Position numbers and translations under genes: made by a program
Assembly: GCA_002104945.1 (NCBI GenBank)
Contig: MCFH01000073.1
Span: 164,734 to 228,733, forward strand
Source of the DNA: Piromyces finnis finn
Taxonomy: Eukaryota > Fungi > Neocallimastigomycota
Direction of reading: 5' to 3'
DNA length: 64,000 bases
Shown: positions 21,854-35,992 of the stretch, one piece after another
Layout: each line of letters opens with the position of its first letter
Numbering within the stretch: the stretch's first letter is position 1
Notes under the pieces: generated by a model
Seen by the model: only the letters and a program-made list of their open reading frames with translations
Told to the model about the DNA's origin: nothing
Database searches by the model: none

Positions 21854-24580
21854 TGATCTTAAATAGTACCTTTTATAACAATTTATATTATTATTATTTA
21901 TTTTTTAATTATAAAAGTTAAAGTAAAAAAAAATATGTTTAAAAGGAAAAAAGTATTATATATATATTTAAAATTATTTTATAAAAAAAAAACGAATAAT
22001 ATATATTTTTAAATAATTAATAATAATTATATAATAGGAAAATCTGTAAATCTGTAGAAAAATTTAATTTATTTTAGCTTTATTAAATTATTGTAACCAA
22101 TAAGATTTTAATAATAATTATTGTTGTATAAAGGGTGACATTTTCATATAAGACCGCCGCTTTATTAATTTTGATCTTTTTTCCTATTTTATTTGGTAAA
22201 AATAACAAAGTTGTACCTTTGTGTTAAAAAAAAAGTTCTTTTTTTTTTTTGGTAAAAACTACCATGCTTTTAAAATAAATCCTTGGTAATGAAACATTTT
22301 TTTTTATTATTCTTGAAAAGAAATGATATATCAATTTTAACATATTTAAGAATGCACAAAATGCAAAAAAAAGAAAACAAAAAAATATTCATATTATTGG
22401 AATGAAGATATAAAATACTATTTAAGAATGTCATCTTAAATTAAATTTTAACTAATCAAATGAAAGTATTCTTGGGTTATATCTCCATTTATAGAAATTA
22501 AAAATGTTTCCAAATTTTATCTCAAAAAAGTTCCAAGATAAAGAAAAAAGGGAAAAAGAAAAAAAGAAAAAGAAATCCAAGGCAAATTAAAGGTGAAAAA
22601 CTCTTATAAATTACTTGTTCATATAAAGAAAAAAAAGATTATTTTTATTATTAAGTCTATACTTTTATTCATTATTCTATTTTTATATTAAATAATATCA
22701 AAGGAACTTTTGTATAAAGAATGTATTAAAGTTTGTCTTTATTATATTTATTTTTATATTACTTTTTCAAAGTAACAATAACAACAACAAACAATAACAA
22801 CAACAACAACAACAAAATTTTATATTTTCTATTTAAATAATCGTGAAAATAAGATTTATATTATTTTATTAGGTTAACATTTTTTTTAAATTTTAATTAA
22901 AAGATTTATTTTATAATTTTGGTTAATAAATTTCACTAGTCTTCCTATATCTTTGAAATATTTACTATTTTTTATTTAAATGACAATACTTGTCGTTAGT
23001 GTCAATATTCATTATCATTTAAAATTTAAAGTAGACAATAATAAATGAATAATAATATATATATTTAAATAGTTAATTATATATAATAATATAATATTAA
23101 AGTTGTAATGATAAAAAAAATTCTTTCATTTCAATTCAATTGCATTTTTAAATAGTAAATAATATACATTCTTCAGAAAATAATAATTTAAGAATGAAAA
23201 CTGTATACTTGACTTATAAAATATTACTACCATCAATATTGTATTTTTTTTTTATACACAAGATTGATTATATTTAAAAAAAAAAAAAAAAAAGACATTT
23301 ATATTATAAATTGATCCTAGTTTTATCGGATAATATTAACATTTTTTTATTAAAAAAAAAAAGAAATAGTTTTAAAAGTGTGAAAGAAGATTCTATTCAT
23401 AAAAAGAAATAAATAAAATAATGTTTATTATTTTAACAGTCTTTCAACAACCCAAAAAGTCATTTACATTCTTTATAAAAAAAAAACCCCTTAAAAGTAA
23501 TATTTATATTTTGTTAAATATACTATTTCATTTATATTATTCTTTTGTAATAGTAGAAATTTTCTGTTTTCTTTATTTTTATTAATGCATTATTAATGCA
23601 ATAAACTGTTCTTTCATAAAATATTATTGATATTTAAACTTTAAAATAAGCAATAAAGAAATACCTGTTTTTAAAATATAGGTAATCCAACGTAGAATTA
23701 ATGTTCGTATGCTATTTATAACACTTTCATTAGAAATATTTATTTTCAGTAAAGAAAGATATACCTTTTTTTTCACACTTTAGGTTTTTTAAAGTTGTCC
23801 TTTAATAAATAGTTTTATAGTGATACTTTTTTTTTTTCTAAAAACAAAAAAAAATAGTTTTCCTTATTGTTATTATTACCATTGTTAAATTTCTAAATAG
23901 CACATTTGTTGTCGTTGTTGTTTTTATTTTAAAATAAAAACTTGTTTTATAGTTGTCATTTATACTTTGATTGAACAATATGCAAAGTTAAAAGCTATAA
24001 TAACTGTTGTATGAATGATCCATTTAATTTTATTTTTTTTTATTTTAATATATTAAAAATAAATTCATTATTTAAAACAATAGTTATATTGTATATATTT
24101 ATATCAATTGTAATATATTTAAAATACATTACAATATATTTTATATTCAATTCATTTATTTTTTAATATTACACAAAAAATGGGAAATAATAAAAAAAAA
24201 AAAAAAATTAATTTTATCTTTTTTATTTTCTATTTTAAAACTTATTTACATTTAGGATCTCATTAGTTTATCAAAATAATATTAATAAAAAAATACTAAT
24301 AAGAAGAAAATAGCATGTAGCATGTAAAAAAAAAAAGAATGAAACAGATTCAAACGGTTTCTTTCTTTCTTTCTTTTTATATAAAACGACTTTAATAAAA
24401 AAAAATAAATAGAAAAAGAAAAAAGGTAATGAAACATTATCTTTAACCTTTTTTTTTTTTTTTTGTATATAATAAATTAATAATTTAAATTAAACCTTAA
24501 ATATATATATAAATAAAATAAAATTTTGTTTTTTCTTTTTCTTTTTACTATTTAATATTAATAAATTATTATTATTTTGA

Positions 24581-24705
24581 TGTTGTGATTTTGTTTTTTG
24601 TTGTGACTATGCTTTTTGTTGTGTTGTGATTATGTTTTTGTTGTGATTATGTTTTTGTTGTGTTGTGATTATGTTTTTGTTGTGATTATGTTTTTTGTTG
24701 TGATT
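24581..24705. repeat. Minisatellite TTGTTGTGA(T/C)TATG(T)n, 7 units
   Basis: Counted by eye; the paralogous array at 29000-29183 has 10 units. Confidence 0.85.
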
Positions 24706-24923
24706 AAATTGTTGCATTATTATTAAATATTTTATATATATTTTATATTACTTTTATGTATAGCAATAAAAGTAGTGATTCTTTTTTTTTTATAGTATGT
24801 ATCTTTTTTTTTTTTTTATAGTGTGTATGCTCTTTTTACAATGTAAAACAAAGAAAAAAAAACTTTTTTTTTTTCTTAATATTAAAAAGGGTTTGAAAAT
24901 AAATGAAAAAAAAAAACATGAAT

Positions 24924-26047
24924 TTACATATTAATAAGTTCCATAAAAAATTGATTTTGTTCTTTATTATTTGTTTGTGCCCCCATAACCACAGTAAAAT
25001 GATCATAACTATCTTTATAGACACTTTTAAGAGTAGTATTTGGTGAAACACGACGAATTTGTTTCATAAGATTACTAGCAGAAAATTCAGGTACTAATTG
25101 ATCCTTACCAGTATAATAAACTACAATTTCCGGCATACCAAAGTCAGAAATAGAATTATCTTTAGCCGTTTTTAAAACATCTGTGGGACTAACATCTTCA
25201 GAATTAACAAGCAAGGTAACAAGTCTTTCGGTGATTCCACGCTCAATATCCATATCTACAAATAATTTTGAAATATCATAATCATCAAAATCATAAGGAC
25301 CATTAAATAAAACCATTTTTTCAAGTTTTGGTAATTCCATCATATAATCATTTTGATTTTTCATTCTTAAAGCGGATTTAAATGCTGTTAAAGCAATTAA
25401 ATGAGCACCAGCAGAATGTCCAGAAAGAATAATTTTATCCTTATTACCACCATATTTTTGAATATTATTGTAGGTCCAAACAATAGAATTATAAATATCA
25501 TTGACCATATCATCAATTGTACCTCTTGGGAATAATACATATTCTGGTAAAACACCTACATAATCTTCCTCAACAAGTAAAGATCCAATTCTTGAATATT
25601 CATATTTACTACCAAAAATCCAAGCACCACCATGAACAAAAATAACAACTGGTTTTAAGGTTTTAGTATCCTTTTTGTCATAATAGACATCAGCTTTAGC
25701 AGAAGAAGATCCTGGAATCTTAATATCCGTTCTATATAAAGATATTGATAAATATATAATTAATATAAAGATAGATAAATAAATAGATTAATAAGAGTGA
25801 CATCTTTTTTTTTTTTAAAGAAATTTATAAAATATTGATAAAAATGTGTATAGGAATTTTTATTTAAAACTTTTTTAATAAAAAAAAAAAAGAAAAGAAA
25901 ATGAATGACTTACTCTACATTTTTTTCAAAAATTAAATTAATAAGATTATCTTTATAAGCAACTATGTTTGGAATGATAAATCCAGCATTAGCATGTAAG
26001 GTGAAAAGAAGGATAAAAAAGATAAAAGAAATGAATGAAATTTTCAT
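24924..26047 (-). CDS. Secreted alpha/beta hydrolase (HSL-like HGG/GHSAG lipase-esterase), copy 1
   Basis: Exons 26047-25914 and 25731-24924. Hydrophobic signal peptide, VVIFVHGGAW, LSGHSAGAH, candidate catalytic Asp (GKDQLVP) and His (YDHF). Confidence 0.88.
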
Positions 26048-28999
26048 TTTTAATAAAGTTTTTATTTTTATCTATTGGTCTTGGATAATGATAATGATGA
26101 CTACTCTTTTTTCTTCTTGTTAATTATTATATTATAATATAATAATTTTATGAAAATAATGAATTTAAAATAAAAAGAAAGAAGAAAAAATTCTTCTTTT
26201 TATATATTCTCATTTGAACAATAATTAACTTTTTTCTTTTTTTAATTAAAATTTTTAATGTTTAAAGATCTAAATTAAAAAAAAAAATTTTTTCTTTATT
26301 ATTATCGATTTTACAAATTTTATTATAAAATAAACTTTTTTATATTCATTTTGTTTTTTATTATTATTTTTTATTATAAAAATTAACCCCATAGAATGTT
26401 TAAAAGTTTGAAAAACTTTTTATTATTAAAAAATTAAAAAAAAAAAAAAGAAAAAATAATTTAATACTTTAAAAATATTTTAAAAATGACCTTTATTATA
26501 AATGTCTTTTTTATTTTTTATTTTATTTTTCAAAAAGTCTATTTCCTATTTTTATTATTAAACCTTTTTTTTTATTATTACTGAGAAATTGAAATTGAAT
26601 TTGGATTTAAAAAAAAAAAAAGTAAAATCAGGATAAAGATTTTAAAAAAATTAAATTTTTTTTTTTTTTTTTTTTTTACTTTGATGACTCATTAAAAAAA
26701 CTTTTTTGATGGGGTAAAGGATGGCTACTTTTTTTTAAAATATAAAAATAAAATGGGAATAAAGCATCTATAATAAATATGAAAAAGTTTATCTTTTTTT
26801 TTTTTACCAATTATAAATTCAAATTTAATGAAAAAAGTAAACATCCTTTCATTATTATTAAAATAAAAGAATGAAGATCTTTTTTCCTATTTTATTTGGT
26901 AAAAAAAAAAAAAGATTTTGACATTGTTTGATGTTTATCATTGAAAAATAACAAAGTTGTACCTTTGTGTTAAAAAAAAGTCCTTTTTTTTTTTTTTTGG
27001 TAAAAACTACCATGCTTTTAAAATAAATCCTTGGTAATGAAACATTTTTTTTTATTATTCTTGAAAAGAAATGATATATCAATTTTAACATATTTAAGAA
27101 TGCACAAAATGCAAAAAAAAGAAAACAAAAAAATATTCATATTATTGGAATGAAAATATAAAATACTATTTAAGAATGTCATCTTAAATTAAATTTTAAC
27201 TAATCAAATGAAAGTATTCTTGGGTTATATCTCCATTTATAGAAATTAAAAATGTTTCCAAATTTTATCTCAAAAAGTTCCAAGATAAAGAAAAAAGGGA
27301 AAAAAAAAAAAAGAAAAAGAAATCCAAGGCAAATTAAAGGTGAAAAACTCTTATAAATTACTTGTTCATATAAAGAAAAAAAAGATTATTTTTATTATTA
27401 AGTCTATACTTTTATTCATTATTCTATTTTTATATTAAATAATATCAAAGGAACTTTTGTATAAAGAATGTATTAAAGTTTGTCTTTATTTATCCATCCA
27501 CAAATTATAAATATATATATTTTAAATTATATTTATTATTATATTACTTTTTCAAAGTAACAATAACAACAACAACAACAACAACAACAACAGCAACAAC
27601 AAAATTTTATATTTTCTATTTAAATAATCGTGAAAATAAGATTTATATTATTTTATTAGGTTGACATTTTAATAATTGTGATCAAACTCAATTTATTACT
27701 TGTTATTTTATTTTTATTAATTAGATTACATTTTAGTACATTTACAAATTCAAATACATTGTTTATTACATTAAATGTATGTTACTATATTGTTTTATAA
27801 GCCACATATAGTTAGCTTATATGTAATTCTTAACATAATAATTTTAATGTAAACATTATTTTTAACATATTAAGCAGTCTTTCAACAACTCAAAAAGTCA
27901 TTTACATTCTTTATAAAAAAAATAAAAGAAACCTTTAAAAGTAATATTTATATTTTGTTAAATATACTATTTCATTTATATTATTCTTTTGTAATAGTAA
28001 AAATTTTCTGTTTTCTTTATTTTTATTAATGCATTATTAATGCAATAAACTGTTCTTTCATAAAATATTATTGATATTTAAACTTTAAAATAAGCAATAA
28101 AGAAATACCTGTTTTCAAAATATAGGTAATCCAACGTAGAATTAATGTTCGTATGCTATTTATAACACTTTCATTAGAAATATTTATTTTCAGTAAAGAA
28201 AGATATACCTTTTTTTTTTTCACACTTTAGGTTTTTTAAAGTTGTCCTTTAATAAATAGTTTTATAGTGATACTTTTTTTTTTTTCTAAAAACAAAAAAA
28301 AAATAGTTTTCCTTATTGTTATTATTACCATTGTTAAATTTCTAAATAGCACATTTGTTGTCGTTGTTGTTATTATTTTAAAATAAAAAAAAAATGTTAA
28401 CACTTTGAAACCAAAAAAACTTATTTTATAGTTGGCATTTACACTTTGACCAACATGATGAATGATACATTAAACTATATTTTATTTTTTTTTATTTTAA
28501 TATATTAAAAATAAATTCATTATTTAAAACAATAGTTATATTGTATATATTTATATCTATTGTAATATATTTAAAATATATTATAATATATTTTAAATAT
28601 TTATTTTTAATGTTACACAAAAAGTAGAAAATGTATCATCTTTTTTCTATTTTAAAACTTATTTACATTTAGGATCTAATTAGTTTATCAAAATAATATT
28701 AATAAAAAAATACTAATAAGAAGAAAATAGCATGTAGCATGTAAAAAAAAAAAAAAAGAATGAAACAGATTCAAACGGTTTCTTTCTTTCTTTCTTTTTA
28801 TATAAAACGACTTTAATAAAAAAAAATAAATAGAAAAAGAAAAAAGGTAATGAAACATTATCTTTAACCTTTTTTTTTTTTTTGTATATAATAAATTAAT
28901 AATTTAAATTAAACCTTAAATATATATATAAATAAAATAAAATTTTGTTTTTTCTTTTTCTTTTTACTATTTAATATTAATAAATTATTATTATTTTGA

Positions 29000-29183
29000 T
29001 GTTGTGATTTTGTTTTTTGTTGTGACTATGCTTTTTGTTGTGTTGTGATTATGTTTTTGTTGTGATTATGTTTTTGTTGTGTTGTGATTATGTTTTTTGT
29101 TGTGATTATGTTTTTGTTGTGATTTTGTTTTTTGTTGTGTTGTGATTATGTTTTTTGTTGTGACTATGCTTTTTGTTGTGATT
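29000..29183. repeat. Minisatellite TTGTTGTGA(T/C)TATG(T)n, 10 units
   Basis: Paralog of 24581-24705 with more units. Confidence 0.85.
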
Positions 29184-29499
29184 AAATTGTTGCATTATTA
29201 TTAAATATTTTATATTATTATATTATTATATATTTTGTATATTTTATTACTTTTATTTATAGCAATAAAAGTAGTGATTCTTTTTTTTTTTTATATATAT
29301 AGTATGTATCTTTTTTTTTTATAATGCGTATCTTTTTTTTTTATAGTTTGTATTTTTTTTTTTATAGTTTGTATTTTTTTTTTTTATATAATGTGTATCT
29401 TTTTTTTTATAGTTTGTATCTTTTTTTTATAGTGTGTATCTTTTTTTTTTTTAATATTAAAAAGGGTTTGAAGATAAATGAAAAAAAAAAAACAAGAAT

Positions 29500-30602
29500 T
29501 TACATATTAATAAGTTCCATAAAAAATTGATCTTGTTCTTTATCATTTAATCTTATTCCCAAAGCCACAGTGAAATGAGTATTATTCTCTTTATAAACAC
29601 TTTTAAGAGTAGTATTTGGTGAAACACGACGAATTTGTTTCAAAAGATTATCAGCAGAAGATTCAGGAATTAATTTATCCTCACCAGCATAATAAACTAC
29701 AATTTCCGGCATACCAAAGTCAGAAATAGAATTATCTTTAGCCGTTTTTAAAATATCTGTGGGACTAACATCCTTAGAATCAACAATATAGGAAATGAAT
29801 CTTTCGGTCATTCCATGTTCAATATCCATATCAACAAATAATTTTGAAATATCATAATCATCAAAATCATAAGGACCATTTAATAAAACCATTTTTTCAA
29901 GTTTTGGTAATTCCATCATATAATCATTTTGATTTTTCATTCTTAAAGCGGATTTAAATACTGTTAAAGCAGTTAAATGAGCACCAGCAGAATGTCCAGA
30001 AAGAATAATTTTATCCTTATTACCACCATATTTTTGAATATTATTGTAGGTCCAAACAATAGAATTATAAATATCATTGACCATATCATCAATTGTACCT
30101 TTTGGGAATAATACATATTCTGGTAAAACACCTACATAATTTTCTTCAACAAGTAAAGATCCCATTCTTGAATATTGATATTTACTACCAAAAATCCAAG
30201 CACCACCATGAACAAAAATAACAACTGGTTTTAAGGTTTTAGTATCCTTTTTGTCATAATAGACATCAGCTTTAGCAGAAGAAGATCCTGGAATCTTAAT
30301 ATCCGTTCTATATAAAGATATTGATAAATATATAATTAATATAAAGATAGATAAATAAATAGATTAATAAGAGTGACATCTTTTTTTTTAAAGAAATTTA
30401 TAAAATATTGATAAAAATGTGCATAGGAATTTTCATAAAAAAAAAAAAAAAGAAAATGAATGACTTACGCTACATTTTTTTCAAAAATTAAATTAATAAG
30501 ATTATCTTTATAAGCAACTATACTTGAAATGATAAATCCAGCATTAATATATAAAATGAAAATAAGGATAAAAAAGATAAAAAGATTGATTGAAAGTTTC
30601 AT
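29500..30602 (-). CDS. Secreted alpha/beta hydrolase (HSL-like HGG/GHSAG lipase-esterase), copy 2
   Basis: Exons 30602-30469 and 30307-29500; same intron position and motifs as copy 1. Confidence 0.88.
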
Positions 30603-31471
30603 TTTTAATAAAATTTTTATTTTTATCTATTGGTCTTGGATAATGATAATGATGACTACTCTTTTTTTTTTTCCTTGTTAATTATTATATTATAATATAA
30701 TAATTATTATTATTATTCTATAAAACTAATGAATTTAAAGTAAATAAAAAAAAAAAAAAAAAAAACACTTTTTATATAATTATATATATTCTATTTTGAA
30801 ATTAAATTTTTTAATGTTTAATGATCTAAATTAAAAAGAAAAACTTTCTTTATTATTATTATTATCGATTTTACAAATTTTATTATAAAATAAACTTTTT
30901 TATATTCATTTTGTTTTTTATTATTATTTTAACTTTTTAGGTTACATTTTTAATGAATAAGAAATTTTTAATAAATTATTGTAAACATATTTTTCTTCAT
31001 GATGTTACCAAAATTGGAATAGATTGTAATGTTAATATATTGAGAGATATATATTTGATATAGATTTTATATATTAATCTATTTAAAAAAAAATTAGCCT
31101 AGAATGTTTAAAAGAGGATAGAAATACTTTTTTACTACTAATAAATTCAAATTTAATGAAAAAAGTAAACATCATTTCATTATTATTAAATTATTATAAT
31201 ACACTTGGTAAAACATATATATATATATTAGTTATGTTTAAAATATAAAAAGGATATTTATTTTAATATTTATTTATTTTGATACTTGCTAATAAAATGG
31301 ATAAAAAAAGTAATTGTTAATAATATCGATAGGAATGCATATATTTATTTTATCATTTTTCTAAACTATATATTACATTATTAATAATAATTAATAGAAA
31401 TGGTAAAGGTATGGAAAAAATTAAAAATTAAAAAAATAAACAGGTAGGTAAGCAAATCAATTATTTTTTAT

Positions 31472-34091
31472 CTAACGATATTTATAATATCTGTTGTCCC
31501 TTGTATCATAATCAATTTTTTTTTGAGATACATAATTATCATTTCTGCTTCGTGAATTAGATCCTTCATAGAATTGATTTCTTGATTGATCCTTAATTGT
31601 AGTGGTAGTGGTGGTGCCATCGATTGGACTATTGACAGTATATGGATAATTTTTGTTTTTTAATATTGATTTGACAGCTACATTAGAATTATTCGTAGGT
31701 TCATGCTTTTGAGAAATTTTATATCTATTGGTTATTCTTGGTGATACGTTGGTGTCTTCTTCATCTCTTCCTGAATAATTATATTTATTAGCAGCAGATT
31801 TTGAATAATTATCCTCTCTTCTAGACTCTCTAGAGGAGGATCTATTACGCCTTGGGCTTTGACTATATCTACCTCCTCTTGAATACCTTCTATTATCCTC
31901 ATCCTTATTGTATGAACGACGATGATAGTCATCATTACGGTTGTCATCATATGGACGACGACGATAGTCATCATTACGGTCGTCATCATATGGACGACGA
32001 TGATTGACATCATTGGTATTATAATATTTATTGTTGTTGTTATAGTCATCCTCATCCATACTATTATTATAATTTCTATTTTCTATTTTTTGTTGATAGG
32101 AAACTAATGGTTCAATATCAATAGTACTTGATCTTGTATTTAATTCATTACGATAATAAGGATACTCTGAAAGATTCTCCTTACCATTATCATTTTCTAA
32201 TTTAGGTGTAGTTGCCTTACTATTTGAATAAAATATTTTAAATTCTTTATTTTCATAAAAGTCATTACCAAGAGAAATTGGTAAGGGTGCAAAACTATCA
32301 TCGATTGTTCCATGACGTCGGATGGTGTCATTATTTGTATTATAATTATTAGTATCTGGCATGCCAGAAAAGGAAAAGGATTCATCCTTGTTATTAGAAG
32401 ATTTCACCTTGGAATCTGAATCCTCTCCTCCCTTTCTTCTAAATAATAAAAATCCACACCCAAATAATACCAACGCGGCACATATTGATCCACCAATAAT
32501 AACGTTTCGTTTTGTAAGGAATGGTTTTACTTTTTCTGGAACGATTTTACTATTGGGGAACAAATAATTAGAATCATTATCTTTACTAATATTCAAGGTT
32601 TTATCAATTGCATCATTATCACTGATATTATTGGCTACCTTGTAAGCCTTTAATTTTTCATTCTTGAAATTTTCATCAATTTGAGTGTACTTTACTTCAC
32701 CCGGATTATCATTTCTATAGAGAGTAAAAGTATCAAACACTTTTTTTGATGTATTAATTCTTTGAAATTCACAATACGCTTTTCTATTATTACCACCGAC
32801 ATTAAAATTACAAAATAAGGCACCATAGGCCTTTTCATATTCATTATTACTTCCTTTAGCATATTTCTTTTGCCAATGAGAATAATTTTTTTGTTCACCT
32901 TGTTCAATATACATTTCCCAACCACCTGCACCATTTAAAATATTAAAGGTAGCTCCATTACGAATTTGAATAATATCACCACTTGAATCTTTATCATAAC
33001 TATCTATTTCTGGTGTTAAGAATTTAGACATGACCTTTGTTCTAGCGTAAACATGATCATGAGCACTGAAAATAATGGCGCCGTGATCTTTACAATAATC
33101 ATAAAAGCTTTCACCATTTTTCGATACTACATTAAATGTATGATCTTGATATTTACCAGTATGATAATAACGATCATAATAATGCCAAGCACATACTTTC
33201 CAATCTTCCTCTGCATTTTGTAAATGACTTTTTAAAAAGCTTAATTGCTCTTTTCGATCATCACAATTATTTATATTTGGTGTCAATCCAATAATTCTCT
33301 AATAATATTATTAATTTTAATATTAATGATAATAATTATATTAATAATAGTTAATAATTAATAGATAAAAAATTCAATAAAAAAATAAATAGATGGGAAT
33401 AAATATGATAAATTTAATTATATAAAAGAAAAAAGAAATTAAAAATTAAAAAATATCAAGAATTATTTAAGTGTTTATCCTTACCATATTCATATATTTA
33501 CATGACCACATACATTTTGAAGAGGAAAATTCACATGAAACTTTAGAATTTTTGCTACCTGTCATTTCATTATATAAACCGCTTTTAAATGCACTAAATT
33601 CACTTTGAGAACATTCTGGTGTAGTATCATGATTCCCTATTACACCCAAAAATTGATATTTACGATCCGAATCTAAAATGGATTTTAAATATCTCGTAGG
33701 ATATTTTTCATAATCAAAATCACCAAGATGTAATAATGCATCAAAATCTGATAATTTCATTACATCTCTTGCTTCTGATGTAACACCACTAATATAAATA
33801 AAAATTTAAAATTTTAAAAATTTGCATCATTAATAAATAAAATTCTCCAAAGTTATCATTAATAATATTATTTCTATTTATTTTTCAAAATTTCTAAATT
33901 TGAATTTCAATTACAAAAAAAAAAAAAAAAAAATCATACCTATCTCCAATAATGGCTAATCTAAATTCTTGAGCACCATATGAAAAAGAATTTAATTTAT
34001 CATCTGTAATTACTTCCTCTGAATATACTTTATTTGTTTGATGAAAAACGAGTAATAATAAGGATAATAATGGTTTAATATTCAATCTCAT
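31472..34091 (-). CDS. Membrane-anchored metallophosphoesterase, paralog B, with long low-complexity cytoplasmic tail
   Basis: Exons 34091-33940, 33788-33485, 33298-31472. AIIGD, HLGDFDY, GNHD, SAHDHVYAR; TM VIIGGSICAALVLFGCGFLLF followed by RRK. Confidence 0.85.
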
Positions 34092-35992
34092 TTTTATTAT
34101 ATATTAATAATTTAATTGTTATAGTATAGTTTGTATTTATATATGTTGTTGTTGTTACTTATATCTATCTATTTATTGAATTATATTAGAATTTTAATTT
34201 TTTTTTTTTTTTTTTTTCTTGGTATAATAATTTTAAAAATTAAAATTTTTAACTAATTCAACAATAAATTATAATTTATGACTTATTTTTCATTTATATT
34301 TGCTTTATTTATTTTTGTTTTAAAAAAAAAGTTGTTTTGAAATTTAATCTTCTTTAAAGAAAATAAGAAAAGAAAAGAGAAACTAGTTTAAAAGAGTATT
34401 GTTATAAATATCTTTTTAAAGATTGAATATCTTTTGTCTTTTTCTTTTATTCTATTCTTTATTTCTTACTATTTACATTAATTTATTTTTTTTTTTTTTA
34501 TGAATAATGCTATTATTATTAAATATTAGTATTATTATTATTATTATTATATGGAATTTAGAATATATTGATTTATCCTATTTTTCAATTACTTTTTATA
34601 AAACATTATATTCCAACTCCAAAAATAAAATAAAAATCATTCAATCTTTTTTTAACTTTTTTTATGTTTTAAAATTCTTAAAAAGAAAAAAAGGACGAAA
34701 TTTTTTTTTATTTCAGGGTGTATAATAAAAAAAAATTTCAAAACTTAGATTAAATTTAATTTAATTAATATTTCATTAATTAATAGTAAATAAATAAAAA
34801 TTATATAAATTAAATAAATTTTTATAAATTATTAATTTTTTAAAAAAATGAACACAATAAATAATATAAAAACTAAATATATTGGAATACAATCATAATA
34901 TAATCATTCTATCTATCATACATTGTTTTATATCTATCTATTATATATATACTGTATATAATTTAAATTAATAAAATACATTTCAATATATGACTAATTT
35001 ATTTAGTATATAGACTTTCGAAAACTTTAATTATTATATTTAATACGATCACAATAAATCAATGAATATCACGGGGTTTTCACGTTGAATTTACCTAAAA
35101 CATATAATTTAAAACTTTAAATTTTTAAAAGATAAATTAGAACACAAAAAAAAAACAAAAAATGAAATATGAAATATTATTAAAATATAAAATATGATTT
35201 TAAGAAGGAAATAAAGAGAAATTAAGAAAGATGGATAGAATGAAAAAAAACTTTCACTCTACCTTTTTATTCAAGTATATTTCAGAATGAAATACTATGA
35301 AATAGTAAGAAATATATAATAAAAAATAAAATTTTTTAAAAAAAATAGATTATTCTTTTTCAATTATTGTTGTGTAACAAAGTTTAATAATTAATTTATT
35401 TTAATTAAAAAAGGAAGGATGCGGATTAATTTAAAAATTTACAGAAAAATGCTTCTAAAAAAAAAAAGCAAGGTATTATAGGTAGTATGAAAGCAGCATT
35501 TTAAATGCTTTTTATTATTGTTTTTTAATGCTATTAATTTATATATTTTTATTTTTTATAAGGTGACTTTAAAAGTTTAATTATGCTATAATAAATAATA
35601 AAAAAGAAGAGATAAAGTAAAAAAAAAAAAAAAAAAGATATATTTTTTTTTTAATTTTTTAATAATAATATTACAATAATATAATATTATAATACTCAAT
35701 GTTTTGTATAAGTAAAAAACTATATATAATTTAGAATAAAAAAATAGATATTATAATATATACTTCTATAAGAGAATGATTTGTTTTATATACAATAATT
35801 GAAATATATCATATTTCTAAAATAAAAAATCTAAAAAGTAAAATAGAATGAAAACTTTTAAAATTAAGCTAAATAATATCATAAGTAGATATTAAATTAT
35901 AAATAAAGAAAAAAGTGATAATCTTTTTAATGTTCAAGTATTTCAGGGATAATTCAAGTGGTAGGTAGAGGGTTGTTTGGTTGATAGCTTAT

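Larger units (their letters stand above)
22173..26863. repeat. Tandem segmental duplication, unit 1 (contains esterase copy 1)
   Basis: Long near-identical blocks with 26876-31191 (e.g. 22173-22870 vs 26876-27665; 23437-26380 vs 27875-30930; 26811-26863 vs 31141-31191), separated by unrelated patches. Boundaries approximate. Confidence 0.85.
26876..31191. repeat. Tandem segmental duplication, unit 2 (contains esterase copy 2)
   Basis: See unit 1; both start with GATCTTTTTTCCTATTTT. Confidence 0.85.

Noticed and set aside
24581-24705. Telomeric repeat or interstitial telomere
   Set aside because: Units are 16-23 bp, irregular and lack G-runs; they were copied with the segmental duplication.
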